This document shows, piece by piece, positions 29,592 to 39,582 of a stretch of DNA of 64,000 nucleotides. The DNA comes from an uncultured Gemmatimonadales bacterium (lineage in GTDB: Bacteria > Gemmatimonadota > Gemmatimonadetes > Gemmatimonadales > GWC2-71-9): the NCBI GenBank assembly GCA_963825055.1, contig CAWGSK010000009.1:128001-192000 (forward strand), read 5' to 3'. The position numbers were made by a program, and so were the translations under genes. The notes under the pieces were generated by a model. The model saw nothing but the letters and a program-made list of their open reading frames with translations, had not been told where the DNA came from and made no database searches. Within the stretch, counting starts at the first letter, position 1. The number at the start of each line of letters is the position of its first letter.

Positions 29592-32504
29592 TCACCTTTC
29601 ACCCCTCACGGCGTTGTCACCTCTTCTGCCATCTCCCTGAGAAACCGGCTGCCACCCCGCGTCTTTCCCCTCCCGGCGGGCGACGCGCGTGAGAACCCGG
29701 CGGTCGATGGCCCGTGTCATGCCGACATACAGCAGGCGCCGTCCCTCCCTGATCTCGCCCAGGCGGTTGTCCACCGTCTGGTAATATCCCGGAAGCTGGT
29801 AGTCCTCGACGCCCACGACGTACACCCGGGAGAACTCCAGTCCCTTCGTCGCGTGGAGCGTGAGGAGGTTCACCTGGTGGCGGTCCACCTCCGCCCCGTC
29901 GGAGGTGGACAGCGCCACATGTTCCAGCAGGCGGTCCACCGATTCTTCCATGCTGTCCATCTCACTCGCGGCGATGATCCCCCGAAGCCGTGCGATCGCC
30001 TCGGGGTAGCGGTCCTCCGGCTCCCGCTCCTGCCGGAGCCGATCCATGAGGCGCTGTCCCCCGAGGGCGTCAATGAGCGCGTCCACCGTGGGCACCGCCG
30101 GATCCGCGAGGCGGGTGCGCTCCATTTCATATGACTCGAGGCAGCTGCTGTACCGTCCCAGGGCACGGGCGCGGCTTACCTCGAGCAGCGTACGCGCTTC
30201 GGCGGACCCCGGACGGGGATCTTCGAGCGCGAGGCCCACGCCCAGCCAGTCCATCAGGTTGACGAGCGAAGCCTTTCGGGCCCTGGCGACTTTCTGTTTT
30301 CCCAGTTCCACGAACACCCGGCCGAGTGTCTCGGCGTCGTCGTCGGCATGGTGCGAACGGCCCGGGTCGATCCCGAACCGCTCGGCAAGATCGACGAGCT
30401 TGGCGCTGCCGCTGGTGAGCGACCGGGCCAGCGGGAGGGAATCGAAGAAGACGAGCCCTTCGGCGCCGGGAAGCCCTTCGGCCATGCGGCGCAGCACCGG
30501 CACATCGAACATCAGCCCGTTGTGCGCGACGAGGATGTCCTCACCGACGAATGCGCGGAACGCGGGCCATACCTCCTGGAACGTCGGCGCGCCGGCGACA
30601 TCGGCATCGGTGTACCCGTGCACCTCGGTCGCCTTCGGGTGGATCGGGAGCTCCGGACAGACCATCGCCCGGTAGCGGTCCACGACATCTCCCCCCCGCA
30701 CGCGGACGGCGCCGATCTCCACGACGGCGCACGTCTCCGTATCCTTGTCGGTCGTTTCCAGGTCGAAGGCAACGAAGCTGTCGAACTCCTCCCCGAAGTC
30801 GCGGCTGTGCAGGAGTTGCAGCGCCTTGAACAGCGTGAGGGGGTCCGATTCGACCGTGAGGTCCCCCGGCCCGGGCTCGCGGGCGCGGTCGGGTGCGTTC
30901 AGGTACTCGACCGTGGTCACACCCGAGGCGAGCAGCATTCCCCGGAGCGCGATTTCGATCCCCCGTCCTGGGGGGAGCCAGACCTGCTGCCGCCCGTGCA
31001 GGGCGGCGGAAAGCCGCCCGGCCAGCTCGGGAGCGCCGGGAAACCGGGCGGGATCGGTCAGTTCGTCATGGCGGTCGTCCAGCGGATTCCGGTACTCCCC
31101 CACCTGCTGGGAGAGGAGGTCCTGTACCAGTCCGTGCAGCGTCGACGCGGCCTGCCAGGTGCCGGCCAGGTTCTGGACGTGATAGACAAAACGCCAGGCC
31201 TGTTTCGTTTCCGGCGCGCTCGACGGGCTCGCCCTCGCGAAGGCTCGCACGGCGGCAGGGAAATCCTCGTCGTGCCCTGGCTGGCGCAGGATCTTCTCCA
31301 CCAGATGACGGGGGAGCACCCGACGGGCGAACGCCTCCACCAGGGCCGAATCCTCCGGCGACCGCATTACCCGCAGGGCGGCCACCACGAAGCCGATCAC
31401 CGGGTCGTCCCTGAGCGCCCGCCCTCGGGCCAGCCGGCAGGGCAGGCCGGACTGCACCAGGGCGCTTTCCAGGGCCACGCCGACCGAGTGCTTGCGGTAG
31501 AGGATGGCATAATCGCCCCAGTCCCGGGGTTCGGCATCACGATCCTGCCGCAGGTCTTCGATCAACCAGGCCGCCTCCGCCTGCTCGTCCTCGAAGTGCC
31601 ACGCCGTGACCTCGTGCCTGGAATGGCGCTCGGCGCGAAGCTGCTTCTCGAAGAGCGACGGCTCCGCAGTCACCAGCTGCCGGGCCATGGCGAAGATCTG
31701 GGAAGAGCATCGCCGGTTCAGGTCGAGGACGTATGGCTGGTCGATCCCGAAGTCCGTGGCGTAGCGCCGGAGCACCTCGGGGTCGGCGCCGCGCCAGGAG
31801 AAGATGGACTGCTCGTCGTCACCCACCGCGAAGCAGTTCCGGTGACCTTCGACCAGCGCGCGGAGAATCCGGTACTGGACCGGGTCGAGGTCCTGGAACT
31901 CATCCACCAGCACGTAATCCCACTGGGCGGCCACTGCGTCCCGCACCGAAGGATGGCGGTGGAACAGGTCGGCGGTGCGCTCGATCAGGCCGTCGAAGTC
32001 GAGGATGTTCCGGCTGCGAAGGTACTCCTCGTAGCGGAGAAAGACGTCGCGATCCGCCGGGGCAAGCACGACACCCTGAAAGCGATGCTGGCTGAAGAGA
32101 TTGAGCAGCTGCCGGCGGCGCCCTTCCTTGTAGACCCCGACACGCCGGAGAACGACCAGCTGGTATTCCTCGTCGGCAATGCCGAATCCCCGGCGCAACC
32201 CGGCCTCCTCACCGTGCTCCCGCAGGATCGCGACGCACAGCGAGTGGAGTGTCCCCCGGGTCACGTCGTCGGCCGCATCCCCAAGCGCCTCGTGGAGCCG
32301 GGCAGCAATCTCCTCCGCCGCCTTGTTGGTGAAGGTGAAGGCACAGATCCGGTCCGGTCTGATCTCAAGCGTGTTGACGAGGTACCCGATGCGGTGGATC
32401 AGGCAGAACGTCTTCCCCGCCCCCGGGCCGGCCACCACGAGGACCGGCCCGAGAGGAGCCTCGATGGCCGCGCGCTGTGCAGGAGTGGGGGTGGACGATG
32501 ACAT
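29592..32504 (-). CDS. UvrD/PcrA-like SF1A helicase with an inserted DEDDh 3'-5' exonuclease domain
   Basis: AGPGAGKT, FTFTNKAA, VDEFQD, VGDDEQSIFSWRGA, TLHATKGLEF, LYVGMTRA; exonuclease motifs FDLETT, AHNGLMFD, HHADDDA. True stop probably 29606 (GGSRFLREM...*) after an indel. Confidence 0.9.
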   Translation of the reverse strand: MSSSTPTPAQRAAIEAPLGPVLVVAGPGAGKTFCLIHRIGYLVNTLEIRPDRICAFTFTNKAAEEIAARLHEALGDAADDVTRGTLHSLCVAILREHGEEAGLRRGFGIADEEYQLVVLRRVGVYKEGRRRQLLNLFSQHRFQGVVLAPADRDVFLRYEEYLRSRNILDFDGLIERTADLFHRHPSVRDAVAAQWDYVLVDEFQDLDPVQYRILRALVEGHRNCFAVGDDEQSIFSWRGADPEVLRRYATDFGIDQPYVLDLNRRCSSQIFAMARQLVTAEPSLFEKQLRAERHSRHEVTAWHFEDEQAEAAWLIEDLRQDRDAEPRDWGDYAILYRKHSVGVALESALVQSGLPCRLARGRALRDDPVIGFVVAALRVMRSPEDSALVEAFARRVLPRHLVEKILRQPGHDEDFPAAVRAFARASPSSAPETKQAWRFVYHVQNLAGTWQAASTLHGLVQDLLSQQVGEYRNPLDDRHDELTDPARFPGAPELAGRLSAALHGRQQVWLPPGRGIEIALRGMLLASGVTTVEYLNAPDRAREPGPGDLTVESDPLTLFKALQLLHSRDFGEEFDSFVAFDLETTDKDTETCAVVEIGAVRVRGGDVVDRYRAMVCPELPIHPKATEVHGYTDADVAGAPTFQEVWPAFRAFVGEDILVAHNGLMFDVPVLRRMAEGLPGAEGLVFFDSLPLARSLTSGSAKLVDLAERFGIDPGRSHHADDDAETLGRVFVELGKQKVARARKASLVNLMDWLGVGLALEDPRPGSAEARTLLEVSRARALGRYSSCLESYEMERTRLADPAVPTVDALIDALGGQRLMDRLRQEREPEDRYPEAIARLRGIIAASEMDSMEESVDRLLEHVALSTSDGAEVDRHQVNLLTLHATKGLEFSRVYVVGVEDYQLPGYYQTVDNRLGEIREGRRLLYVGMTRAIDRRVLTRVARREGKDAGWQPVSQGDGRRGDNAVRGER

Positions 32505-32621
32505 GGGGGAAACCTAGCCTGCTCCCCGCTGCTGTTCCCTCTCCCCGGTTGACACCTGCCTCCACCCGCACGATAGTGCAAACCTCGCCACGTCCGCGGC
32601 CGCAATCCTGGGAGGACTTTC

Positions 32622-33905
32622 ATGACACCCCGCGCACTGACCGCCGCAGCCCTGCTCGCGTCGGCGATTCTCGCCGTTCCCGGAAGTGCCCGCGCGCAGT
32701 TCGGCTCGCTCAAGAAGGCCGCCGAGCGCGCGGCGGAGAGCGAGGCGAACCGCCAGGTGGACAAGGCCGTCCGGAACACCATCCGGTGTGCCGTTGATGA
32801 TCCCGCGTGTGCCGAAAAGGCCGAGAAGAACGGCGACACCGTCGTCTACACGGACGCCGCGGGCGAGGTGATCACCGACGAATCGGGAAACCCGGTGTCC
32901 GACCGGGAGGCGGCGAAGGGCGCGGCGGAGAAGCCCGGCAGCGGGGTCTGGGTGAACTACGACTTCGTCCCCGGCGACAAGGTGATCTTCGCGGAAGACT
33001 ACGGTAAGGACCAGGTGGGCGACTTCCCCCGCCGGCTCGAGTTTGTCCGCGGTAACTGGGAAGTGGCGGAGTGGGAGGGACGCCGGCTGCTCCGGAATAC
33101 CGGCCCCCGCGCATCCGCGTTCAAGGTGATGCTCCCCGACAGCCTTCCGGAACGCTTCACCATCGAGTTCGACGCGTTCTTCACGCACGGGAACCACCAG
33201 ATCGTCGTGTTGACCGAGGACCCCGGCGAGGGACGATACACGTCGCAGTACCCCCACCACTACCTGGCGGTGAACCTCCATACCGCGGGTATCGCGCATA
33301 CCGGGCGCAACGCCTCGGAGTCCCGGAATCAGGCGCCGGCGCTGATGGACCGGGTGGTTCCGGTCCGGCTCATGGCTGACGGCCGGTACGTGAAGGTCTA
33401 CGTCGGCGACACCCGGGTGGCGAACATCCCCAACGCCGATCTCCCGCGCGGAAAGGCCCTCTATTTCGAGAACGTCTACTCCGCCTCCCAGAAGAACCCG
33501 ATCTACATTGGCCCCATCCGGGTCGCGGCCGGAGGGAAGGACCTCTACGACAAGCTCGCCGCCGACGGCCGCGTGGCCACCCGAGGCATCCTCTTCGACG
33601 TGGACAGCGACCGGATCCGCCCGGAGAGCACGCCGACCCTCACCGAGATTACGCGGATGCTGCAGGAGCACCCGGACCTGCGCCTGGCCATCGAGGGTCA
33701 CACTGACGCCACCGGCGACGATGGGCACAACCAGGAGCTCTCCGATCGCCGGGCACAGGCAGTTCGCCGCTGGCTGGTCGAGGAGCAGAGGATTGACGGA
33801 TCCCGCCTCGAGGCGAAGGGCTACGGGGAGAGCCGCCCGGTGGACAGCAACGACACCGCCGAAGGCCGCCAGAACAACCGTCGGGTGGAGTTGGTAAAGA
33901 TGTGA
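32622..33905 (+). CDS. OmpA C-terminal domain protein with a beta-rich N-terminal region
   Basis: Signal peptide ending SARAQ; YDFVPGDKVIF; ILFDVDS, IEGHTD, NQELSDRRA, NNRRVE. Confidence 0.9.
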   Translation: MTPRALTAAALLASAILAVPGSARAQFGSLKKAAERAAESEANRQVDKAVRNTIRCAVDDPACAEKAEKNGDTVVYTDAAGEVITDESGNPVSDREAAKGAAEKPGSGVWVNYDFVPGDKVIFAEDYGKDQVGDFPRRLEFVRGNWEVAEWEGRRLLRNTGPRASAFKVMLPDSLPERFTIEFDAFFTHGNHQIVVLTEDPGEGRYTSQYPHHYLAVNLHTAGIAHTGRNASESRNQAPALMDRVVPVRLMADGRYVKVYVGDTRVANIPNADLPRGKALYFENVYSASQKNPIYIGPIRVAAGGKDLYDKLAADGRVATRGILFDVDSDRIRPESTPTLTEITRMLQEHPDLRLAIEGHTDATGDDGHNQELSDRRAQAVRRWLVEEQRIDGSRLEAKGYGESRPVDSNDTAEGRQNNRRVELVKM

Positions 33906-34185
33906 GATCGAGTATCGGGGATCGGGGAGTCGTGATCTGGCATCCGGATCCCGGCAGCGGCCGGGGTTCACCCTAACTGATTGCAACACAGTGCTTTGAC
34001 CAGTACTGCGGCGGCACTGTCACCGTCTCGCCCGACACCCGATCCCCCGACAACCGATTCCCGGCTTCATGGAAACTCCCGGTCACCCAGCCCGTATTAC
34101 ATTCCGTGAGCCTCAAAATGACCGCGGAAGCACCTCCCCCCCGCGCCCACCGTCCGATCCCCCTAAGCGGAGGCAAGTCAGTTAC

Positions 34186-36555
34186 ATGCACTGGACACGT
34201 TCATTAGGTACCGTGCTCCTGGCCGTCACCATGACGGCTGGTTCGGCCGCCGCCCAGTTCGGCGGCAACTTCGGCAGTTCCGCCGCCATTGGCGACGGCG
34301 AGTTCTTCGTTGGTGAGCCCCATAACACGTACTCGCCCGGCGTCGTCTACGTCTACCGCATGGACGGAGGCACCTGGAAGGCCGCGAGCGAGCTCACCGC
34401 GGCCGACGCGAGCAACAACGACTCGTTCGGGCGGAGCATTGCGGCCAGCGGCAACACCCTGCTGATCGGCGCGACCACGGCAGGCGACAACGCCGGGGCT
34501 GCGTACATCTTCCAGAAGACAGGCAACGCCTGGAAGCAGGCTGCCCGCCTGAATGCGACCGGGCTGACCAAGGGCGACGCCCTCGGCCGGGCCGTAGCCC
34601 TGAAGGGCGACCTGGCCCTCGTGGCCAGCTGGGGCGCCGACTCGAGCCGAGGCGCGGTCTATGCCTTCCGGCGTGGCGCCGGCGGCTGGACGCAGGAAGG
34701 GCGCCTGAGCGCGCCTGACGCCGAATCGGGCGACCTCTTCGGTTCCGCCCTCGCCATCGGCAACGACAAGGTCTTCATCGGCGCCATGTCGAAGGACTCC
34801 GCCCGCGGTGCCATCTACGTCTTCAAGCGTGACGCCGGCGCCTGGTCCCAGGACACGGTCCTCCAGGTCCGCGGGATTGACGCCAACAGCCGCCTGGGCA
34901 GTTCACTCCATTTCGAGGACGGCATGCTCCTCGCCGGCGCCCCCGGCTACAACCGGAATGCGGGCGGTGTCGCGATCTTCAAGGCCGACTCCGCGTCGGG
35001 TGCCTGGCAGCTTGTGGACCGACTGCAGCCGTTTGATCCCGGCTTCCTCCAGTTCGGGACCAACGTCTCGGTCAATGGAGATGAGGTCTGGGTCGCTGCC
35101 CCCGGGGCCAATAACCGCAACGGCGCGATCTATCGCTTCCAGCGCGATGATGAGGGGCACTTCACCTCCGCCACAAAGCTCTCCCCCGGTGGCCTGCCTG
35201 CCCGCGCGGGCTTCAGCGCCCCGCTTGTCCTCCGCGGAAACCTCGCGGTGGTCGGCGCCGGCGGCGTGGACTACGGCGAGGGCGCGGCAATCACCCTGAC
35301 AAAGAGCGGGAACGCCTGGACCGCAGGCCCCATGCTCAAGAGCGAGCCCAAGTCGCTCTCGGCGGTGACCGGCAAGGAAATCGACTGCGCGGGCAAGGGC
35401 TCCGCCAGCATCTTCGACTGTCAGGACGTGGACATGCTGTCGTTCCTGCCGGTCAGCGCCATCGGCGGGGTGCGCGGCGCCTTCCTGAACGACATCTGGG
35501 GCTGGACCGATTCCCAGACGAAGAAGGAGTACGCCCTGGTCGGCCGGATGGACGGCACATCCTTCGTGGACGTGACCGACCCGCTGCACCCGCAATACCT
35601 GGGCAACCTGCCCATGACCGAGGGTGCGATCGCCAACGCCTGGCGCGATATCAAGGTTTACAAGAATTACGCATTCATCGTCGCCGACGGCGCGGGTGAC
35701 CACGGCATGCAGGTCTTCAACCTGACCCGCCTCCGGAACGTCCGCGGCGCGCCGGTCACGTTCACCGAGGACGCGCACTACGACCGGATCCACAGCTCGC
35801 ACAACATCGTGATCGATACCTCTACCGGCTTCGCCTACTCCGTGGGAAGCGGGTCGGGTGGCGAGACCTGCGGCGGCGGGCTGCACATGATCGACGTGCG
35901 GAATCCTGCGCAGCCGAAGTTCGCCGGGTGCTACGCGAACCCCAATACGGGCCGCGCCGGCACCGGCTACACGCACGACGCCCAGTGCGTGATGTACAAG
36001 GGCCCGGACAAGCGCTACACCGGCCGCGAGATTTGCCTGGGCGCCAACGAGACGGCGCTCGACATCGCCGACGTCACCGACAAGAAGAATCCCAAGACGA
36101 TCGCCAAGGCGAGCTACCCGAACGTGGGATACTCCCACCAGGGCTGGCTGTCCGAGGACCAGCGGTACTTCTATATGGATGACGAGCTGGACGAGTTGCA
36201 GGGCTTCGTGAACGGCACCCGGACCCTGGTCTGGGATCTGGCCGAACTGGATGACCCGGTCCTGGCGAAGGAGTACATCTCCGAAGACAAGGCCAGCGAC
36301 CACAACCTGTACGTGAAGGGCAACCTGGTCTACCAGTCGAACTACGTCAGCGGTCTGCGGATCCTGGACATCAGCGATCCGACGAACCCGGTGCAGGTCG
36401 GCTACTTCGACACGGTACCGGTTGGCGAGGATGCTCCCGGTTTCGGGGGCTCCTGGAGCAACTACCCCTACTTCCCGAGCGGAACCGTGGTGGTGACGAG
36501 CATGAAAGAGGGGCTGTTCATGCTCCGGAAGCACAAGAAGACGCTCGTCCCGTAA
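34186..36555 (+). CDS. Choice-of-anchor B family protein (FG-GAP propeller plus LVIVD-repeat domain)
   Basis: Signal peptide; FG(S/R)S-A...GA-YVF repeats; NDIWGWTD, WRDIKVY, SHNIVID, YTHDAQC, YSHQGWL, DHNLYV, GSWSNYPYFPSG. Confidence 0.85.
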   Translation: MHWTRSLGTVLLAVTMTAGSAAAQFGGNFGSSAAIGDGEFFVGEPHNTYSPGVVYVYRMDGGTWKAASELTAADASNNDSFGRSIAASGNTLLIGATTAGDNAGAAYIFQKTGNAWKQAARLNATGLTKGDALGRAVALKGDLALVASWGADSSRGAVYAFRRGAGGWTQEGRLSAPDAESGDLFGSALAIGNDKVFIGAMSKDSARGAIYVFKRDAGAWSQDTVLQVRGIDANSRLGSSLHFEDGMLLAGAPGYNRNAGGVAIFKADSASGAWQLVDRLQPFDPGFLQFGTNVSVNGDEVWVAAPGANNRNGAIYRFQRDDEGHFTSATKLSPGGLPARAGFSAPLVLRGNLAVVGAGGVDYGEGAAITLTKSGNAWTAGPMLKSEPKSLSAVTGKEIDCAGKGSASIFDCQDVDMLSFLPVSAIGGVRGAFLNDIWGWTDSQTKKEYALVGRMDGTSFVDVTDPLHPQYLGNLPMTEGAIANAWRDIKVYKNYAFIVADGAGDHGMQVFNLTRLRNVRGAPVTFTEDAHYDRIHSSHNIVIDTSTGFAYSVGSGSGGETCGGGLHMIDVRNPAQPKFAGCYANPNTGRAGTGYTHDAQCVMYKGPDKRYTGREICLGANETALDIADVTDKKNPKTIAKASYPNVGYSHQGWLSEDQRYFYMDDELDELQGFVNGTRTLVWDLAELDDPVLAKEYISEDKASDHNLYVKGNLVYQSNYVSGLRILDISDPTNPVQVGYFDTVPVGEDAPGFGGSWSNYPYFPSGTVVVTSMKEGLFMLRKHKKTLVP

Positions 36556-36636
36556 CCTTTGCGAAGCAACGGGCCAGGGGGAGCCGCGGGCGCGACAGCG
36601 TCCGTGCGCTCCCCCTTGCCTCAGGAGGATGATCGC

Positions 36637-37725
36637 ATGCCCAGGAAATTCCGCAGCCCCGCCGGGCTGCTGCTCGCGGCGCTCGCCGCCTGCGCCGGCC
36701 ACCCCGCCACCGCATCGGGTGGACCGGCCCCCGCACCCCACCCCATGGTTTACGTCGCGAACCAGGCCTCGGCGACTGTCTCGGTGCTCGATGCGACGAC
36801 CCACGCGCTGGTCACGACGGTCGACCTGCGTGACGCGGGCTTCACTGCGAAAGCCAAGCCCCATGACATTGCCGTCGAACCGGACGGATCCTTCTGGTAC
36901 GTCACGCTCGTGGGCGACAACTACGTGGTGAAGTTCGACCGCGGGAACCACGTGGTCGGCAAGGCGCCCATGGAGACACCCGGCCTGCTCGCGCTCGATA
37001 CCACGAGCGACATGCTGTACGCTTCACGCTCGATGTCCGCGGTCAATCCGCCGGCGCGCATCGGCGCGATCCACCGCTCGAGCATGGCCATCGAGGAGGT
37101 GGACGTCTTCATCAGCCGCCCCCACGCGATCGCGATGGACCCGCGCGGGGGCCACCTCTACGTCGGCAGCATGGGCCAGCACCAGATCGCCGTGGTGGAC
37201 ACGAAGACACTCGAGGTGACGCTCGAGGACCTCGAGCTGGGTGGTGAGGAACACGAGATGATGGTGCAGTGGGCCGTTTCCCCGGACGGAAGCCGACTGG
37301 TCGGCACCGCGCAGATGCGCGGTGAACTGATCGTACTCGACTCGAGTGACCCCCTGCACCTGCGCCAGGTGGCAACGGTGAAGGCACCGGGCTGGCCGTG
37401 GCACGTCGAGTTCACGCCGGATGGGCGGGAAGTCTGGTTCCCCAACCAGAAGGAAAATGCGGTGACCGTGGTCGACGCCCGCACCTGGACCGTCAAACAG
37501 GTGATTTACGGCGCGGGACTGGCCGAACCCCACGGAATCGGCATTTCCCCGGACGGGAGCACCGTCTTCGTCTCGAGCCACAACCAGCATGGGGTCTACG
37601 AAGGCCAGGGAGCCGAGGAGGCCCCGGGCACGGTGATCATCATCGACCGGGCCACGGGCTCGATTACGGGCCTGGTCGAGACCTCCCCGGATGGAGCGGG
37701 CATCGGGGTCGGGGGCAGCCATTGA
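36637..37725 (+). CDS. YncE/YVTN beta-propeller lipoprotein
   Basis: Lipobox ALAAC; VYVANQ...VSVLD; repeated PH(D/A/G)I motifs and SPDG turns. Confidence 0.85.
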   Translation: MPRKFRSPAGLLLAALAACAGHPATASGGPAPAPHPMVYVANQASATVSVLDATTHALVTTVDLRDAGFTAKAKPHDIAVEPDGSFWYVTLVGDNYVVKFDRGNHVVGKAPMETPGLLALDTTSDMLYASRSMSAVNPPARIGAIHRSSMAIEEVDVFISRPHAIAMDPRGGHLYVGSMGQHQIAVVDTKTLEVTLEDLELGGEEHEMMVQWAVSPDGSRLVGTAQMRGELIVLDSSDPLHLRQVATVKAPGWPWHVEFTPDGREVWFPNQKENAVTVVDARTWTVKQVIYGAGLAEPHGIGISPDGSTVFVSSHNQHGVYEGQGAEEAPGTVIIIDRATGSITGLVETSPDGAGIGVGGSH

Positions 37726-39551
37726 GGCCAGTGTCCCGTTGCCTCGGGGCGACCCTCTTCATCGCCCTGGCCACTGCCTGCCATCCCGCCGGCCCCGCCG
37801 CCCAGGCACCCGACAGGGCCGGAGGTGGCCGGTGGACCCGCTCGCTCGACGGCATCCCGGTGGTAGACGACTCCGGCAGGGCCTACACCTTTCCCTTCCT
37901 GGGTGGCCTCGACCACCCGCGACCCCAGCTGGTGGACATCGACGGCGACGGCGACCTGGATCTCTTCGTGCAGGAGTACACGGGACACCTGATGTTCTTC
38001 GAGAACACCGGGTCACCCCAGGCGCCTCGCTTCACGTGGCGCACCGACCGGTGGCAGGACCTGGACGTCGGCGAGTGGAGCCGCTTCGCCGACCTCGACC
38101 GGGATGGGGTGGTGGACATCCTCGCCGAATCACCCTTCAGTTACATCCGCTATTTCCGCAACGAGGGCACCCGGACCGACCCGAGGATGGTTCTCGCCAT
38201 CGACACCGTTCGCGACGCGAAGGGCGAACCGATCTTCAGCGACCGGCAGAACATCCCCCAGGTGGTGGACGTGGACTGCAACGGGCGGCTGGACCTGCTG
38301 CTCGGCCGGGCCAGCGGTCGGGTCACCCGCTACGAGATGGCCCATGGCGGGCCGGACGGCATCCGGCAGCTCCAGTTCCTGACCGACGAGTTCCAGGGCA
38401 TCCTGATCATCGGCCAGCAGTTCGGGAGCCTTCACGGCGCGAATACGATGGTCGTCTCGGATATCGACCAGGACGGGGACCCGGACATCATCTGGGGCGA
38501 CTTCTTCGAGGCCGGACTGCTCTGGCTGGTCAACTCCGGCACCTGCGGCTCGCCCAACATCGGCCGCGATACCGTCCCCTTCCCGCCCAATGCTCCGCTC
38601 AGGACCAGCGGGTACAATGCCCCCGCCATCGCCGATTTGGACGCGGACGGCGACCTCGATGTCCTGGTGGGCGTCCTCGGGGGCGCGTTCAATCCCAACG
38701 TCTCCACCCGCGACAACCTGCTGTTCCTGGAGCAGACCGGGAAGCTCGCCTTCACGCTCCGGACCAGCCGCTACCTCTCGCAGCTCGACCTGGGCAGCGA
38801 GACCCAGCCGGCGCTCGCCGACCTCGACGGGGACGGCGACCTCGATCTCCTGGTCGGCAACAAGATCGAGCCCCTGAACCAGCGGACCGGCGGGCTGTAC
38901 TGGCTGGAGAATACCGGGAGCCGCCAGCGGGCGGCCTTCGCGTTCCGCGGGGTGCTGGGAATCACGGGGCTCTATCACATGGCCCCGGCCATTGGCGACC
39001 TGGACGGCGATGGAAGTCCCGACCTCCTGCTCGGGACCTTCAAGGACGCGGTTCGGCTGTACCGGCTCACCCCGGGCGATCCACCTTCATTTGCCCTGGT
39101 GGATTCCTCGCTGGTTCAGATCACTCGCGGCAGCAACACGACACCCGCCCTTGGCGACCTGGACGACGATGGCGACCTCGACCTCCTGGTGGGGGAGTCG
39201 TCGGGTACGATCAACTGGTACCGGAACGACGGCACGAAGACCGCGCCCCGGTTCACCCTCGTCTCCGACAACATGGACGGGATCGACGTGGGCCGCCGGA
39301 GTGCGCCGTCGCTCACGGACCTCGATGGCGACGGCGACCTGGACCTGGTAATCGGAAGCGAGGAGGGTGGGCTGCAGGTGTACCGGAACGTGGGAACCCG
39401 GAAGGCGCCCAGGTTCGAACGTGACGAGACCGCCGACCTGGAGTTGCCTCCCTACTCCGCGCCGGCCTTCGGTGACCTGGACGGCGACGCACGCTCGGAA
39501 CTCGTAGCCGGCGCGGCCGGCGGGGGGCTGCTGCTGTACCGCCGGCAGTGA
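37722..39551 (+). CDS. FG-GAP/VCBS repeat lipoprotein
   Basis: Lipobox LATAC; many D(L/I)DGDGDLD Ca-binding repeats; TTG start overlaps the upstream stop. Confidence 0.88.
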   Translation: MRPVSRCLGATLFIALATACHPAGPAAQAPDRAGGGRWTRSLDGIPVVDDSGRAYTFPFLGGLDHPRPQLVDIDGDGDLDLFVQEYTGHLMFFENTGSPQAPRFTWRTDRWQDLDVGEWSRFADLDRDGVVDILAESPFSYIRYFRNEGTRTDPRMVLAIDTVRDAKGEPIFSDRQNIPQVVDVDCNGRLDLLLGRASGRVTRYEMAHGGPDGIRQLQFLTDEFQGILIIGQQFGSLHGANTMVVSDIDQDGDPDIIWGDFFEAGLLWLVNSGTCGSPNIGRDTVPFPPNAPLRTSGYNAPAIADLDADGDLDVLVGVLGGAFNPNVSTRDNLLFLEQTGKLAFTLRTSRYLSQLDLGSETQPALADLDGDGDLDLLVGNKIEPLNQRTGGLYWLENTGSRQRAAFAFRGVLGITGLYHMAPAIGDLDGDGSPDLLLGTFKDAVRLYRLTPGDPPSFALVDSSLVQITRGSNTTPALGDLDDDGDLDLLVGESSGTINWYRNDGTKTAPRFTLVSDNMDGIDVGRRSAPSLTDLDGDGDLDLVIGSEEGGLQVYRNVGTRKAPRFERDETADLELPPYSAPAFGDLDGDARSELVAGAAGGGLLLYRRQ

Positions 39552-39582
39552 GGAGGGAGGAGGAAGGGGAAGAGTGGAGCGC

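Noticed and set aside
19095..29700. Programmed frameshifting or a phase-variable island
   Set aside because: Too many indels in unrelated genes with no shared slippery motif; sequencing error is more parsimonious.
33906..34185. Riboswitch or ncRNA in the long leader of the choice-of-anchor B gene (also 58760-58968)
   Set aside because: Only degenerate heptamer repeats and an AT-richer patch were visible; I recognised no known aptamer consensus. An Rfam/Infernal scan would settle it.
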